Below, piece by piece: positions 49,946 through 61,185 of a DNA stretch of 64,000 bases (position 1 is its first letter; every line of letters begins with the position of its first letter). Position numbers and translations under genes: made by a program. A model generated the notes under the pieces. The model saw only the letters and a list, made by a program, of their open reading frames with translations. It was not told where the DNA came from and did no database searches. This stretch comes from Microthrixaceae bacterium (lineage in GTDB: Bacteria > Actinomycetota > Acidimicrobiia > Acidimicrobiales > Iamiaceae), in NCBI GenBank assembly GCA_016702505.1, contig JADJDU010000003.1:256265-320264 (forward strand). The letters are read 5' to 3'.

Positions 49946-50374
49946 TCAGTCCCCTTCAGCCACGTCAGGGACGTGGGCGAGTATTCGCCGGGCCAGCGAG
50001 GGGATGATGTAGATCAGGTTCTCGACTTGATGCCCGTCGCCGCCGTCGGAGTTCACCTTTGCTTCCATCACGAGGCAAGGAGCGAGATCTCGGATCTGAA
50101 AGGCACCGTTGATGTTCAGCGCCAGCCCGTAGACCTCACCCACGCTCGAGGCCGTGACCGCCGCTATGGAATCGCAGGAGAGCAACTCGCGGCGCGCCGA
50201 TGCCCGACAGATGACGTCGAAGACCGTCCGCTCGTCATCGGTCAAGCTCAGGCGAGTCTCCACCACCGAATCGATCTCGTGGTCGGACATCCTCGTGGAG
50301 ATGAGGTGTCGGATCATCTGCCGACTGAACTCCTCCGCGTGTTCCTCGGGGACCGGAATCAGAACGTCACCCAC
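49946..50374 (-). CDS. hypothetical small protein, paralog of 29283..29738
   Basis: MGDVLIPVPEEHAEEF... versus MGYVMVPVPEEHVEEA.... Sits ~120 nt upstream of the rSAM gene on the same strand. Confidence 0.5.
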   Translation of the reverse strand: MGDVLIPVPEEHAEEFSRQMIRHLISTRMSDHEIDSVVETRLSLTDDERTVFDVICRASARRELLSCDSIAAVTASSVGEVYGLALNINGAFQIRDLAPCLVMEAKVNSDGGDGHQVENLIYIIPSLARRILAHVPDVAEGD

Positions 50375-50478
50375 CGGTCAGGATCCCTTGGGGGCGGCCG
50401 AAGTCATGCTCCCATCCTATTAGGCACCTGAGCGATAGGTCCGGTAGTCGTCGCTACCAGGTTGATCAGACCGGGGGA

Positions 50479-51402
50479 TCAGGGGCGGCGTTCGATCGCC
50501 AGTCGGGCGCAGTGGTCGAGCATCTCCAACGCCGGGTCCGGCATTCGTCCGAGGTGAATCGGGTCAGCCGTCAGCTCCCGGAATGGGGCGCCACGAAGCG
50601 TCTGGTACTGGGCGTCCATGTCGGCCCAGGTGAACCTTCGGGACGTAGCCGCACCGCCATGGATCTGGTGGAACGTGCCCTCGGCCAGGAGCTGGACCAG
50701 TGTCGTGTCATCCCGCTGGCAGGCCCGCAGGTAGAGGTCGTGGTTCACCAGCCCGCCTCCGGGTAGGTCGAAGGCTTCGTCATAACCCCCGAGGTCAGTC
50801 CACAGATCGCGACCCATGAAGAGCGAACTGCTTTCGCTCTTGGCGCCGAACCAACCCCGATGCGACGAGCCCGCCAGGGTGGAGCAACCGAACAGCCGAT
50901 AACCGTCCTTCGTCCACTCCACCTGCTCCAACAACGCGTCCTCGACGGCCTGGTCATAGCCAGCTTCGGCCGCCTTCATGTGGGTGGTGGGTCCAAGGTG
51001 GTATGCGGGAGCGGTCACCACCGCACGGTCTGCCACTCGGTCACCGCGAATGGCCATTGCCAGCAACCCAGGAGATGCCAATCGAGCACCATCCATCACC
51101 ACCCCGACCAGCGACCCGCGGGCCGCCTCGATACCGATGTTGGCGGCACGTGCCGGCGATGCCGGGGCCGGGTCGAGCCTGATCAACCTGGCATCGAGCA
51201 CCGAGTCTGCGACGATCCGATCCAGCGGCTCGGGGGAGCCGTTGTCGACGACGACCACCTCGTAGTCGTCAGGATCGACCTCTCGTTGGTATCGGGGAGA
51301 CAGGCTGTAGAGGGTCCGTGGCAGTTCGCGACCCATTCCGTAGGCCACCACCACGACGGTCAGGGCCGGGCGTCGTTCCTCGCCCCCGGCGCGAAGCGTC
51401 AC
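50479..51402 (-). CDS. GT2 glycosyltransferase, stand-alone paralog of the GT2 domain of the giant enzymes
   Basis: TVVVVAYGMGRELPRTLYSLS...YEVVVVDNGS and W.KDGYRLFG...GGYDEAFDLPGGGLVNHDLY parallel aa ~600-850 of 36188..39583. Confidence 0.8.
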   Translation of the reverse strand: MTLRAGGEERRPALTVVVVAYGMGRELPRTLYSLSPRYQREVDPDDYEVVVVDNGSPEPLDRIVADSVLDARLIRLDPAPASPARAANIGIEAARGSLVGVVMDGARLASPGLLAMAIRGDRVADRAVVTAPAYHLGPTTHMKAAEAGYDQAVEDALLEQVEWTKDGYRLFGCSTLAGSSHRGWFGAKSESSSLFMGRDLWTDLGGYDEAFDLPGGGLVNHDLYLRACQRDDTTLVQLLAEGTFHQIHGGAATSRRFTWADMDAQYQTLRGAPFRELTADPIHLGRMPDPALEMLDHCARLAIERRP

Positions 51403-51415
51403 CGATTCCGGACCT

Positions 51416-54400
51416 TCATCGCACCCGGCGGAGGTACCCGCCGGGGTTGAAGGAAAGGTGGTACTTCTCCATCTTGGGATCGGGGGCGAAGTTCCCGTTG
51501 CGAGCCAGGATCTGCTTCACGGCCTCAGCCGGGCCAGGACCGAACCCAGCCCACACGGGGTGACCGTTTACCACCGTGTCAGCGATCACAACGTAAGAAC
51601 CGACTGGCACGAGCGGCGCGTACCGCTCGAACTCCTCAGATGTCGTGTGACGGTCCACCAGGGACCCGAGCACGACCAAAGCCGTCCCCCCGGCCACCCG
51701 TCGATGCACCTCCTCGGCCACATCTCGGTGATGCGGGCGACCGGTCAGGTGCTCGAGACGGGGGTGTGTCGGTCGACCATCGCCATCGGATGGGTCGACC
51801 GACAAGACCTGCCCGTGTCCGATCAGTTCGCAGATCGAGGCCAACAGGATCGAACGACCGCCGTCCTTGGACCCGGTCTCGATGATCCAATCGGGTCGCA
51901 CCGTCGAGATGATCTCCTGATAGGCGACGAGGTCGGTGGGAGGCGTCCGGGTCGACTGACCCAACCAAGTCGTGTCCTCCCAAGGCATCGCGGCGTAAAC
52001 CGACTCGATGAACGCCTTGCCCAACTCCTCGGGCATGGGCCGGGGAGCCATCGGAGGACCGTCCACCCCACCGGCTGCGGCAGCAGCGTTGAACATCTCG
52101 GCCGACATCCGTCGAGGCCTGGTACGTCGGGCGGGCTGAGAGCGGATCGCCCCTACGTAGTGAACCGGCTTGCCCGGTCCGTGGAAGGCCCTACCCCTGA
52201 GATCCGCGTACTGCTGGCTGTAGTCGAAGACCTTGGTCCGACGCTCGGCGGCATCGACTCGGTTGGTGGTGTCGCCCCCGTGCAACTGGTGGAACGATCC
52301 CTCACCCAAGATGGTGGCCACAGTGATGTCGGGACCGCCCGCCAAGCGCTCGTACAAGTCGAGGTTGGCGAAACCAGCACCCGGAAGGTCGAAGCTCTCG
52401 TCGAACCCTCCGACCTGCTCCAGCGTCTCTCGCGCCACGAACAGGCAGTTGCTCTCCCACAGCCCGTCCAGCCAGTCTCGGTCACCGATGAAGTGACTGA
52501 TCTCGAACAGGCGGTAGCCGTTGGTGGGCCAGGCGATCTGCTCGAACAGCCGATCCTCGTATTCACGGTCGTAGCCGGCAGCCATGGCATCGCCCTGCTG
52601 ACCGGGACCGACGTACCACTGTTGGGTGGCCACGATCGCCGGTGCATAGGTGGCGAGTCCAGCCAGTCCCCAGCGGAGGACTCCCGGAGTCACCACGTGG
52701 GCTCCATCGATCATCAGCGCGAAGTTGCGACCTCGTCCCGCACGGATTCCCGCGTTGAGAGCGTTGACCGGAGACGGATGGATCGAGTCGAGCGACAGCA
52801 GGCGGAACTCGGGGCCGAACTCGGACACCAGGTCGGCACTCAGGGCCTGGCCGGGCCCGGATCCGTTGTCGATCACCAACACCTCATAGGTGATGGCGTC
52901 CACGCCGTCTTGGTACGACCTCGACAACGAGTGGAGCGTCCGACGAGCCTCACGAGCCATGTTGTGGAAGACCACTACGACGGTCAGATCTACCTGGTCA
53001 CCCGGCGCGGGAGGAGCCAACGGCGCGCGAGGTAGATCGGCCTGGGGGGCGATGTCCAGAGCGCTCTCGAATGGCTCACCCCCGACCTTGCGCCACACCA
53101 TCAAGCCGTGATCCCGGTGATCACACGGGCCGGTAAGACCTCGGCGCGTCCGGAACTCCTCCACCGAACGGCGGGTCTCGGACTCCTCGCTGGCATCGAC
53201 GACCACGAACCCACCCACCGGGATCCGGCGGTAGAGCGCATCGAGCACCAACCCGGCATCCGCCCCGGTGTCGTGCCCCAGCCTCAACATGGCGACCTGT
53301 TCGATGTCGGCATCGGCCAACGACGCCTCGAGCTCACCCGACAGGAACTTCACCCGAGCGTCGAGCAACCCGAAGCGGGTGAATCCATCTCGGATCAGGT
53401 TCAGATCGGCGCGGAAGTCGGCCACGCCCCGCTCGGTCCATCGGGCTGACTTGAGCCCTTCGGGAGCGGCTCGGAAGCGGTCCACCACCCACACCTTCTG
53501 GTCCTTCAGGTCGTAGGCGTCGAGCCAGGCCCGAAAGAAGATGCCAGCACCTCCGCGTCCTACCCCGACGTCGACCAGATCGCCGGGTACGGCCTCTGCC
53601 TTGACGGTCTCGAGGCGACCGTGAAGATCATCGAGGCGGGCTCGTCCCATGTCGGTGTAGGGCACGAAGGAACGTCCGCGACCATCGTCGGGGCCGGCAG
53701 GCCCGAGCCGCTCGCGGGCCAGGCGAGGCCAGACCTCGGGGTCTTGGCGCACCGGGTCCCGCAGTATCCGGGCGTCGGGGGCCCGCCCGGCTTCGATCCG
53801 GGCAGCGAGGTGCGCCAGTCGGGCTTCGTCTTCCAGGTAGTGCTCGTTCAGCAGCGCCGCCTTGACCGTGCCGAGGTAGCGGGCCACCAGCCGTAGCTCT
53901 CGGGCAAGGGCCGGGAAGTGAGCGTTGTGCTGGAACACCATGGCCTGGAGACGGAGACGTTCCCCCAACTCCAAGAGCAGATTGCGTCCTTCCACACCCT
54001 CGAGGCGGTCGAGCACCGAAGCCAGATCCGGCTGTCGGGCCAGCCGCTCCTCGGCCACCACGATGGCCAGCCCGAAGTAGACGGGCAACACCACCAGCCG
54101 CACTGGCTCGTCGTAGCCAGCTATCCAATCCTCCAACCCGGTCATGACACCGTTGCGGGGTCCGCCCTCGTGCGTGGCGTTGAAGTGATTCGGGTTGAGT
54201 CCCGATGCACCCTTTGCCAGCTCGTTGCGATCGAGGTGGACTCCCTTTTGGGCATACGGCTGACGGAACTCGGCTGGCACCGTGTCCGGCGAGTAGTAGA
54301 GGTCGCGACGGCCGTAGGGCCAGCCGACATCATGGAGGATCATGATGGGTAGCTCGGCCCCCAAAGACCGGTTCCGCTCCGCCAGGAGCCGACACTCGTT

Positions 54401-54696
54401 GTACACCGTGTACCAGTTGTGATCGCCGTCGATCAGCGCTGCATCCATGGCCGGCAGTTCACCGAGGACATCGACGCTCAGGGCTCGGTGGAACACGTAC
54501 TGACCGGCGAACTCCCGTTCATGCTCGGCGGGATCAAACGCCGGCTTCGGGTCGATCACGTGTAGCTCGGTCTCAGGCCCGAGCGTCTCGATGATCTGGC
54601 GGGTGTTCTCTCCCCGGAGGGCACCGATCTCGACCAGGCGTTTGACTCCGCCCGCCTCTAGCACGGGAGCGATGACGTCGTTCCAGAAGGGGAACA
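51416..54696 (-). CDS. giant four-domain MTase / MTase / GT2 / MTase enzyme, paralog of 36188..39583
   Basis: Track ORF 51416..55099 carries a spurious 134-aa N-extension. The real start MFPFWNDVIAPVLEAGGVKRLVEIGALRGENT... is about 70% identical to the paralog over the first 200 aa, with the same domain order through the CmcI-like C-terminus (VAYQEIISTVRPDWIIETGSKDGG). Confidence 0.85.
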
Positions 54697-54845
54697 TCGG
54701 CGGGGCGCGATTCCTTGACCGGGTTTGGGACGGGCGGACCCTAGCGCGGCGGGGAACGGGCGGGGCCGACGGCCAAAGAGCCGCACGGGTCACAGCTCCG
54801 GCCATTACCGGAGCCTTTCTGGTCGGGCGTGGTATCGATTTGGGG

Positions 54846-56578
54846 TGAGCACCGTCACCTACTCCGACTCCGCCGCAGACGGGACCGGGAGCTACACGGC
54901 CGAGTCGGCGATGGCCACCTCCCCGTCGGCACGGACCGCTCGCTGGGCGGCGTGGACATTCGGTGTCTACGTGGCAGCCGCTTTCCCTCTCATCCTGTTC
55001 GGACTCGGTCGGTACTGGTGGTTCTTCCGTGACGACTGGTACTTCGTCGCCGAGCGTGACATCTCCGTCGACGGACTGATGCAGGATCACAACGGTCACT
55101 GGTCATCCGTGCCGGTCGCAGCCTTCCGGCTCGCCTACGTCGTCTTCGGAATCCGGTCGTACATGCCGTATCAGGCGATGGTGGTGGTGGCGCACCTGGC
55201 TGTAGCGGTCTGCATCCGGATGATCATGCGTCGGTACGATGTGAACCCGTGGCTGGCAACGGTGGCGGCAGGTGCGCTCGTGCTCTTCGGTTCGGGCCGC
55301 GAGGACATCATCTGGGCCTTCCAGATCGGCTTCACCGGTTCACTGGCCTTCACCCTTGCCCAATGGGTCATCGCCGACCGGCCGGGCCCGGTGCGCCGGA
55401 GCGACTACCTGGCTCCCGTGTTGGGCACGTTGGGGCTTGCGTCTAGCAGTCCGGCGCTGATGGTCATGGCTGGTCTGTCGGTCACCCTTTTGGTCCGACG
55501 AGGTTGGAAGCCCATGGTGATCAACGTGGGCCCGCCCGCCCTCGCCTACCTGGTGTGGTCGGCCTTGATCCACCCCGACAGGAGTAGCCCGTGGGGACGC
55601 CCCGGACTCGGCGAATACCAGGACTGGGTGACCACCGGCGTGCGGGGCGTGTTCGTCGAGCTCACCGGATTTTGGTGGGCCGGAGCGATCCTCGGTCTTG
55701 CCGTCGCCGTCGGGATCGCCATGGCGGTCCTGAGGCCCGGGACCGACAGCACCAGCTCCAGCGACCGCGGCGATGAGATACACGGCTCCTCCAGCCGCGT
55801 CGTCAGAACGGTGGCGTCGGCCCGCTTGCGGCTGACACCGATCATCGGACCGCTGGCCTTGTTCGGATCGACCATCCTCTTCATCCTGGTGGCCGCCCAG
55901 CGTGCCTGGCTGTTCGGGCCCGGTGCGGCCGTGGCCAGCCGCTATCTGTACGCGTACGTGGCCCTGTCCCTGCCGCTGATAGCGGCGTCGATCCAGTCGA
56001 TCTCACGGTGGTGGCGACCAGCCGCCGTTGCGATTCCTGCGCTGCTGATCCTGGGGGTACCTCACAACATCGCGCAGTTCGAGGACACCGTTTTCAGCCC
56101 CGATCACCACGACCACCAGGGCAGGCTGATCCTCAACGTCCTGCGCCATCCGGCCGCGGCCAACGCACCAGATCGACTTCGTCCCGATCCCGACGTGTTC
56201 AACTCCCAGAGCCTGACCGTGGGCTTCCTCCGCAGAGCCGCAACCGAGGGCAAACTCCCGGAGGTGTCGGGACCCATCCCCGCCGACATCGATGCCGAGT
56301 TGACGGTTCGGTTGGGGCTCATGCAAGAACTCGGTGACTGGCGGGTGGTCCCTTGCCAGGCGACAACAGTGGCCCACCTCGAGCCGACGGTCGGCATGGT
56401 CTTCTTCCTGACCGAGCCAGTGCTGGTGACTCCCCGCTCGAGTTCGGGCCAGCGCTTTCCGGTGGAAGTCACCCCCGACGACGGGGCCATCGTGACCGTG
56501 GTCGCGCCAGGCCTCGATCTCGACCTCACCAGCCAGGCGAGACCTGGTTCCCCCGCTTCGATCTGTGTCGTCAACTAA
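54846..56578 (+). CDS. polytopic membrane protein (>=11 TM), putative GT-C-type glycosyltransferase or glycan-processing membrane enzyme
   Basis: Hydrophobic helices throughout the N-terminal 400 aa (FRDDWYFV loop motif after TM1), then a soluble ~180-aa C-terminal domain. Start is GTG ~54846 or ATG 54908. Confidence 0.55.
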
Positions 56579-56601
56579 CAGGGCCGAACCATCCGGTTCG
56601 G

Positions 56602-57873
56602 TTAGAGCGCCGAGACCAACTCGAGCACCCGACGGACCTGGAGGTCCCAACTGAAGGAAACCTCCACCTCGGCTCGTCCAGACGAACCCAGCCGTGATCG
56701 CAGATCTGGGTCGTCTCGAAGACGGACCATCGCCGACCGGAGCTCACCCAGATCTACCGGGGAAACCAGGAGGGCCTGTTCCTCGTGGGTCAGGCGACTG
56801 GCGACCGTCGGGACATCTGGAGCTATCACTGCCAGACCTGACGCCAAGTACTCAGCCAGCTTGAGCGGCGAATAGTGGAACTCCCCGTGTTCGGGAGCCA
56901 CGACCACGGCCGTGTCCATCGCCCCGAAGTAGCGGGGAAGATCGAAATGGGGAACGGTGCCGGTGAACACCGCCCGCACCCCGAGCGACCTGGCCCGCTC
57001 TTCGACCATCGGACGATCAGGTCCATCACCAACCATCAACAGACAGACCCCATCGAGACCTGCTGCGGCATCCACGAGCCGGGTCAAGGAGTGGAACGGC
57101 CGGAAGCTCCCCACCCAGCCCACGACGAACTCCGCACCAATTCCGAGCCGAGCCCGCACTGCTGCCGCTTCTTCCGCGGAGGCCGGCTCCTCGATCTCCA
57201 CACCCGACGGGGTGATGAGGATCCGGTCCCGGTCGACGCCGATGCGGACCGCTTCCTCGGCGACCTCCTCCGAGCCACAGGCCAACACCGAGGCTCGGCG
57301 AAGGGTGGGAGCCTCGCCTAGACGCTCCACCAACCCCCCCCAACCCGGACGCGCCACACCCCACCGCTTGGCCTCCCACACGGCGACGGCCGGAGCAAAG
57401 ACCACCGAGGGAACCCCCAATGCGTCAGCCAGGTCGACCCCTGCGGTGTGGAACAACTCGTGTCGCTGCCACACGAAGTCGACCTGATGTCCAGACCAGG
57501 GCCCGTCGGGGGTGACGGTGAAGCCCGATCCCCGGGCCACCTGCCGAAGATCCTTCGCCGCGGTCTTGACCATCGTCGGAACCCGCGATGCAACCGAAGG
57601 GGACGCAGATGGACTCAGGTGGGCGCCCGAGGCTCGCCGTCGCGCTTCATCGGCATCGAGCACCCCCTCAGGGGTGACCATCCACGACGGGCCCACCACC
57701 CTTTCGCAGGCCGCCAGCCACCCAGCCGAGCTCAACAGCGCGGCCACAGGACCCTGCTGACCGGCAGTAGTCGTCGGGAGAACCAGGACCGCACCCACGG
57801 GGCGGACCCTAATGGGACCTCCCGCAGCGCACGGCTGCCAACGTCCCCGTCCGAACAATCGGAACGACCACAC
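56602..57873 (-). CDS. GT4 (group 1) glycosyltransferase
   Basis: C-domain GWVGSFRPFHSLTRLVDAA...LLMVGDGPDRP...EFHYSPLKLAEYLASGLAVIAPD (EX7E-type). Confidence 0.8.
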   Translation of the reverse strand: MWSFRLFGRGRWQPCAAGGPIRVRPVGAVLVLPTTTAGQQGPVAALLSSAGWLAACERVVGPSWMVTPEGVLDADEARRRASGAHLSPSASPSVASRVPTMVKTAAKDLRQVARGSGFTVTPDGPWSGHQVDFVWQRHELFHTAGVDLADALGVPSVVFAPAVAVWEAKRWGVARPGWGGLVERLGEAPTLRRASVLACGSEEVAEEAVRIGVDRDRILITPSGVEIEEPASAEEAAAVRARLGIGAEFVVGWVGSFRPFHSLTRLVDAAAGLDGVCLLMVGDGPDRPMVEERARSLGVRAVFTGTVPHFDLPRYFGAMDTAVVVAPEHGEFHYSPLKLAEYLASGLAVIAPDVPTVASRLTHEEQALLVSPVDLGELRSAMVRLRDDPDLRSRLGSSGRAEVEVSFSWDLQVRRVLELVSAL

Positions 57874-57985
57874 CCCGTGGCGGCCTATCCCCTGGTGGGG
57901 TAGCGTTTGCGCCTCGGAGCCGGTAGCCGGCCGACCGCGTCCGCCAGAAGAAGCCCACCATGATCCGACGTAGCCAGGAAGGCCC

Positions 57986-60034
57986 GTGAACCAGGAACGT
58001 TCGCTTCCGCCGGCCGATCCGATCTCACCGGTACCGGAGCTGCCGAGCCTCGTCTACCGAGTGGCTCGGGGGGCAGACAACCTGAGCCTACGGTTCATGG
58101 ACCTGGGCATCGTGGCCGCGGCTTGGGCCTTGGCCATCAGTGCCGCCTTCGACACCTCGGCCAAGGACATGACCCTGGCGCTGGCTTGGATCATGCCCCT
58201 GGCCGTCATCGTCCAACTGGTCGGCCACCGCCTTGCTGGTCTCTACGGGCCGGTGTGGCGCTATGCCTCGGTCGACGAAGCGGCTCGGGTGGTGGCTGGC
58301 GTCTTGGGCGGGTCGATCCTGGCCACGATCACCACCGTCATCGCGGCCACCACCACCCACACCCCGTTCCCATTCGTCACCGCTCCGCCTCTCGCCGCTT
58401 TTCTGAGCTTGCTCGGTTGTGGTGGCGTCCGCTTCCAGTCCCGCCTCTTCGCCCTGGAACGTCAACAGGCCCGTGACGCCTCCGGCCTCCGGTCTGTCAT
58501 CGTCGGTGCTGGCACCGCTGGCGCGGCCCTGGCCTACGAGCTCACCCACACCGACGCCGGACGACCCACCAACGTGGTCGGCTTCATCGATGACGACCCC
58601 GAGCTCGTCGGCCGGTCGGTGCGAGGCTTCACCGTGCTGGGCACCACCGACGACCTGGAATCGATCTGTGTCAGCCACCGGATCGAAAGGGTTCTGATCG
58701 CCGAGGACGAGGACAATCGGCACCGGGTCAAGACGGTGGTGGACCAGGCCTTGCGTACCCACGCCCAGGTCAAGGTGCTGCCGTTGTCCACCGGGCGGGT
58801 GGACGGCCCCCTCGTGCGCAACCTGCGCGACCTGGATGTGACCGACCTGCTCGGGCGCGAGCACGCCCCCGTCGACTCCGACGACATCGACCACTATCTA
58901 CGCGACGCCACCGTGCTGATCACCGGGGCCGGGGGGTCGATCGGCAGCGAGATCGCGCGCCAGGTGGCTCGGCACCGTCCCGCTCGGCTCCTGCTCCTCG
59001 ATCGTGACGAGAGCCTCCTCCACGACGTGACCACCGGGCCTCTCGCTGACTCGGGGGTAGACATCGCTCCGGTACTGGCCGACATCTGCGATCAGGTGAG
59101 GGTCCAGGATCTGTTCGAGAACGAACGACCCGACGTGGTGTTCCACGCCGCCGCTCAAAAGCACGTGCCCATCTTGGAGAAATACCCGGTGGAAGCGGTG
59201 CGGACCAACGTGTTCGGCACCTGGAACCTGATCAGCACCGCAGCCGAGTACGGCACCGGTCGTTTCGTGCACATCTCCACCGACAAGGCCGCCGATCCCT
59301 GTTCGGTCATGGGAGCCACCAAGCGCGCCGCTGAGCAGATGGTGTTCGAGGTCGGTCGTCGCCACCAACTCCCGTTCGTGGCCGTTCGCTTCGGCAACGT
59401 ATTGGGCAGCCGGGGCAGCGTGGTGCCCACGTTCCTGCGCCAGATCGTGGATGGCGGACCGGTCACGGTCACCAGCCCCGAGATGACCCGCTACTTCATG
59501 ACCATCCCTGAGGCCGTGAGCCTGGTGCTCCAGTCCGGGGCGATGGCCGATCCGGGCCGCGTCTACCTGTTGGACATGGGCGAGCCCGTGTCCATCCTGG
59601 CTCTGGCCCGACAGCTGATTCGCCTCGCTGGCCTCCGGCCAGGAGAGGACGTGAGGATCTCCATCGTCGGCACCAGGCCCGGAGAGCGACTCCACGAACG
59701 TCTCCACGACGACGCCGAGAGCATCGAACCGTCAGATCACCCCTCGATATCTTCGTTGAACCCGAAGATCCCATGGCAGTGGGATGAACTGGTCGAGGCC
59801 CTCGCCTCCCTGCGCAAGTCCGTCGATGCCCGTGACGACGCCATGGTCAGACACCAGCTCGAGTCGATGCTCCGAAAGGGCGGCGTCGATTGCGTACTCG
59901 ACCATGGTGAGACCACCATTCCCGTCGACCAGCACCCGGGCTCGCCCCGGGCGACGGCGATCGTCAGAGACCTGTCCGAGAAGCGGGCCGAACGCCAGGC
60001 TCCACCGGCATCCGATACCGGCACCGTCCGCTGA
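57986..60034 (+). CDS. membrane-anchored NDP-sugar 4,6-dehydratase/epimerase (CapD/WbpM/PglF-like polysaccharide biosynthesis protein)
   Basis: Four N-terminal TM helices, then tandem Rossmann domains (VIVGAGTAGAALAYEL; VLITGAGGSIGSEIARQV) and a catalytic YxxxK region, as in the CapD family. Confidence 0.85.
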   Translation: MNQERSLPPADPISPVPELPSLVYRVARGADNLSLRFMDLGIVAAAWALAISAAFDTSAKDMTLALAWIMPLAVIVQLVGHRLAGLYGPVWRYASVDEAARVVAGVLGGSILATITTVIAATTTHTPFPFVTAPPLAAFLSLLGCGGVRFQSRLFALERQQARDASGLRSVIVGAGTAGAALAYELTHTDAGRPTNVVGFIDDDPELVGRSVRGFTVLGTTDDLESICVSHRIERVLIAEDEDNRHRVKTVVDQALRTHAQVKVLPLSTGRVDGPLVRNLRDLDVTDLLGREHAPVDSDDIDHYLRDATVLITGAGGSIGSEIARQVARHRPARLLLLDRDESLLHDVTTGPLADSGVDIAPVLADICDQVRVQDLFENERPDVVFHAAAQKHVPILEKYPVEAVRTNVFGTWNLISTAAEYGTGRFVHISTDKAADPCSVMGATKRAAEQMVFEVGRRHQLPFVAVRFGNVLGSRGSVVPTFLRQIVDGGPVTVTSPEMTRYFMTIPEAVSLVLQSGAMADPGRVYLLDMGEPVSILALARQLIRLAGLRPGEDVRISIVGTRPGERLHERLHDDAESIEPSDHPSISSLNPKIPWQWDELVEALASLRKSVDARDDAMVRHQLESMLRKGGVDCVLDHGETTIPVDQHPGSPRATAIVRDLSEKRAERQAPPASDTGTVR

Positions 60035-60083
60035 CCACCGACCAACGCGTCACGCCCCTCCCCCCACAAAGGCGAAACAACAG

Positions 60084-61172
60084 ATGAAGGGTCTCATCCT
60101 CGCTGGCGGCTCGGGCACCCGGCTCCGCCCCATCACCCACACCGGCGCCAAGCAACTGGTGCCGGTGGCCAACACTCCGATCCTGTTCTACGGGCTTCAG
60201 CACATGGCCGATGCCGGCATCGAAGAGGTCGGCATCATCGTGGGCGACACCGGTGACGAGATCCGGGCCGCGGTGGGAAACGGATCGCGCTGGGGTCTCG
60301 AGGTCACCTACCTGCCTCAAGACGCTCCGCTCGGGCTGGCCCACGCCGTGCTGATCGCCCGGGATTTCTTGGGTGACGACGAGTTCGTGATGTACCTCGG
60401 AGACAACCTCCTCCGTGACGGGATCACCAGCTTCGTAGACGAGTTCACCGCCCACCGGGCCGAAACCGGCCCCGACTCCTGTTCGGCCCAGATCCTTTTG
60501 GCCCACGTTCCCGATCCGCAGCGTTTCGGTGTGGCCGAGCTCGGCCCCGATGGCGAGGTCGTGGCCCTGGTCGAGAAGCCCGAGGTTCCACCGTCGGACC
60601 TTGCCCTGGTCGGCGTGTACCTCTTCGATCCCTCCATCCACGAAGCGGTCAGAGCGATCGAGCCTTCGGACCGCGGCGAGTTGGAGATCACCGACGCCAT
60701 CCAGTGGCTGATCGACAACGGCCACCGCGTCCGCCATGAGGTGCTCGACGGGTGGTGGCTCGACACCGGCAAGCTCACCCCACTCCTGGAAGCCAACCGC
60801 TTGATCCTCGAGGTTCTGGAGCCTTCCAACCACGGCAAGGTCGACGAGCACTCTCAGCTCGACGGCCGGGTTCAGGTGGCCGAAGGGGCCGAGATCATCC
60901 GGTCGACCATTCGTGGTCCGGTGGCCATCGGAGCCAATACCCGGGTTGTCGACAGCTACATCGGCCCGTTCTCATCGGTAGACGCTGACTGCGAGATCAT
61001 CCAGTCCGAGTTGGAGCACTCGATCGTCCTGGCCAACAGCCGCGTCGAAAACGTCCCGAGGGTGATCGACTCGCTGATCGGTCGCCACGCCGTGGTCCAA
61101 CGCACCCATCAGCGACCGCGAGCAAACCGCTTCTTGGTGGGCGACCACTGCCAGATCGACATCGATTCCTGA
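60084..61172 (+). CDS. rmlA: glucose-1-phosphate thymidylyltransferase (long actinobacterial form)
   Basis: MKGLILAGGSGTRLRPITHTGAKQLVPV is the sugar nucleotidyltransferase signature. The C-terminal half is a left-handed beta-helix. Confidence 0.9.
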   Translation: MKGLILAGGSGTRLRPITHTGAKQLVPVANTPILFYGLQHMADAGIEEVGIIVGDTGDEIRAAVGNGSRWGLEVTYLPQDAPLGLAHAVLIARDFLGDDEFVMYLGDNLLRDGITSFVDEFTAHRAETGPDSCSAQILLAHVPDPQRFGVAELGPDGEVVALVEKPEVPPSDLALVGVYLFDPSIHEAVRAIEPSDRGELEITDAIQWLIDNGHRVRHEVLDGWWLDTGKLTPLLEANRLILEVLEPSNHGKVDEHSQLDGRVQVAEGAEIIRSTIRGPVAIGANTRVVDSYIGPFSSVDADCEIIQSELEHSIVLANSRVENVPRVIDSLIGRHAVVQRTHQRPRANRFLVGDHCQIDIDS

Positions 61173-61185
61173 AAGAGCGACCTTC

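Noticed and set aside
51458-53035. 525-aa plus ORF
   Set aside because: Antisense to the giant MTase/GT2 paralog.
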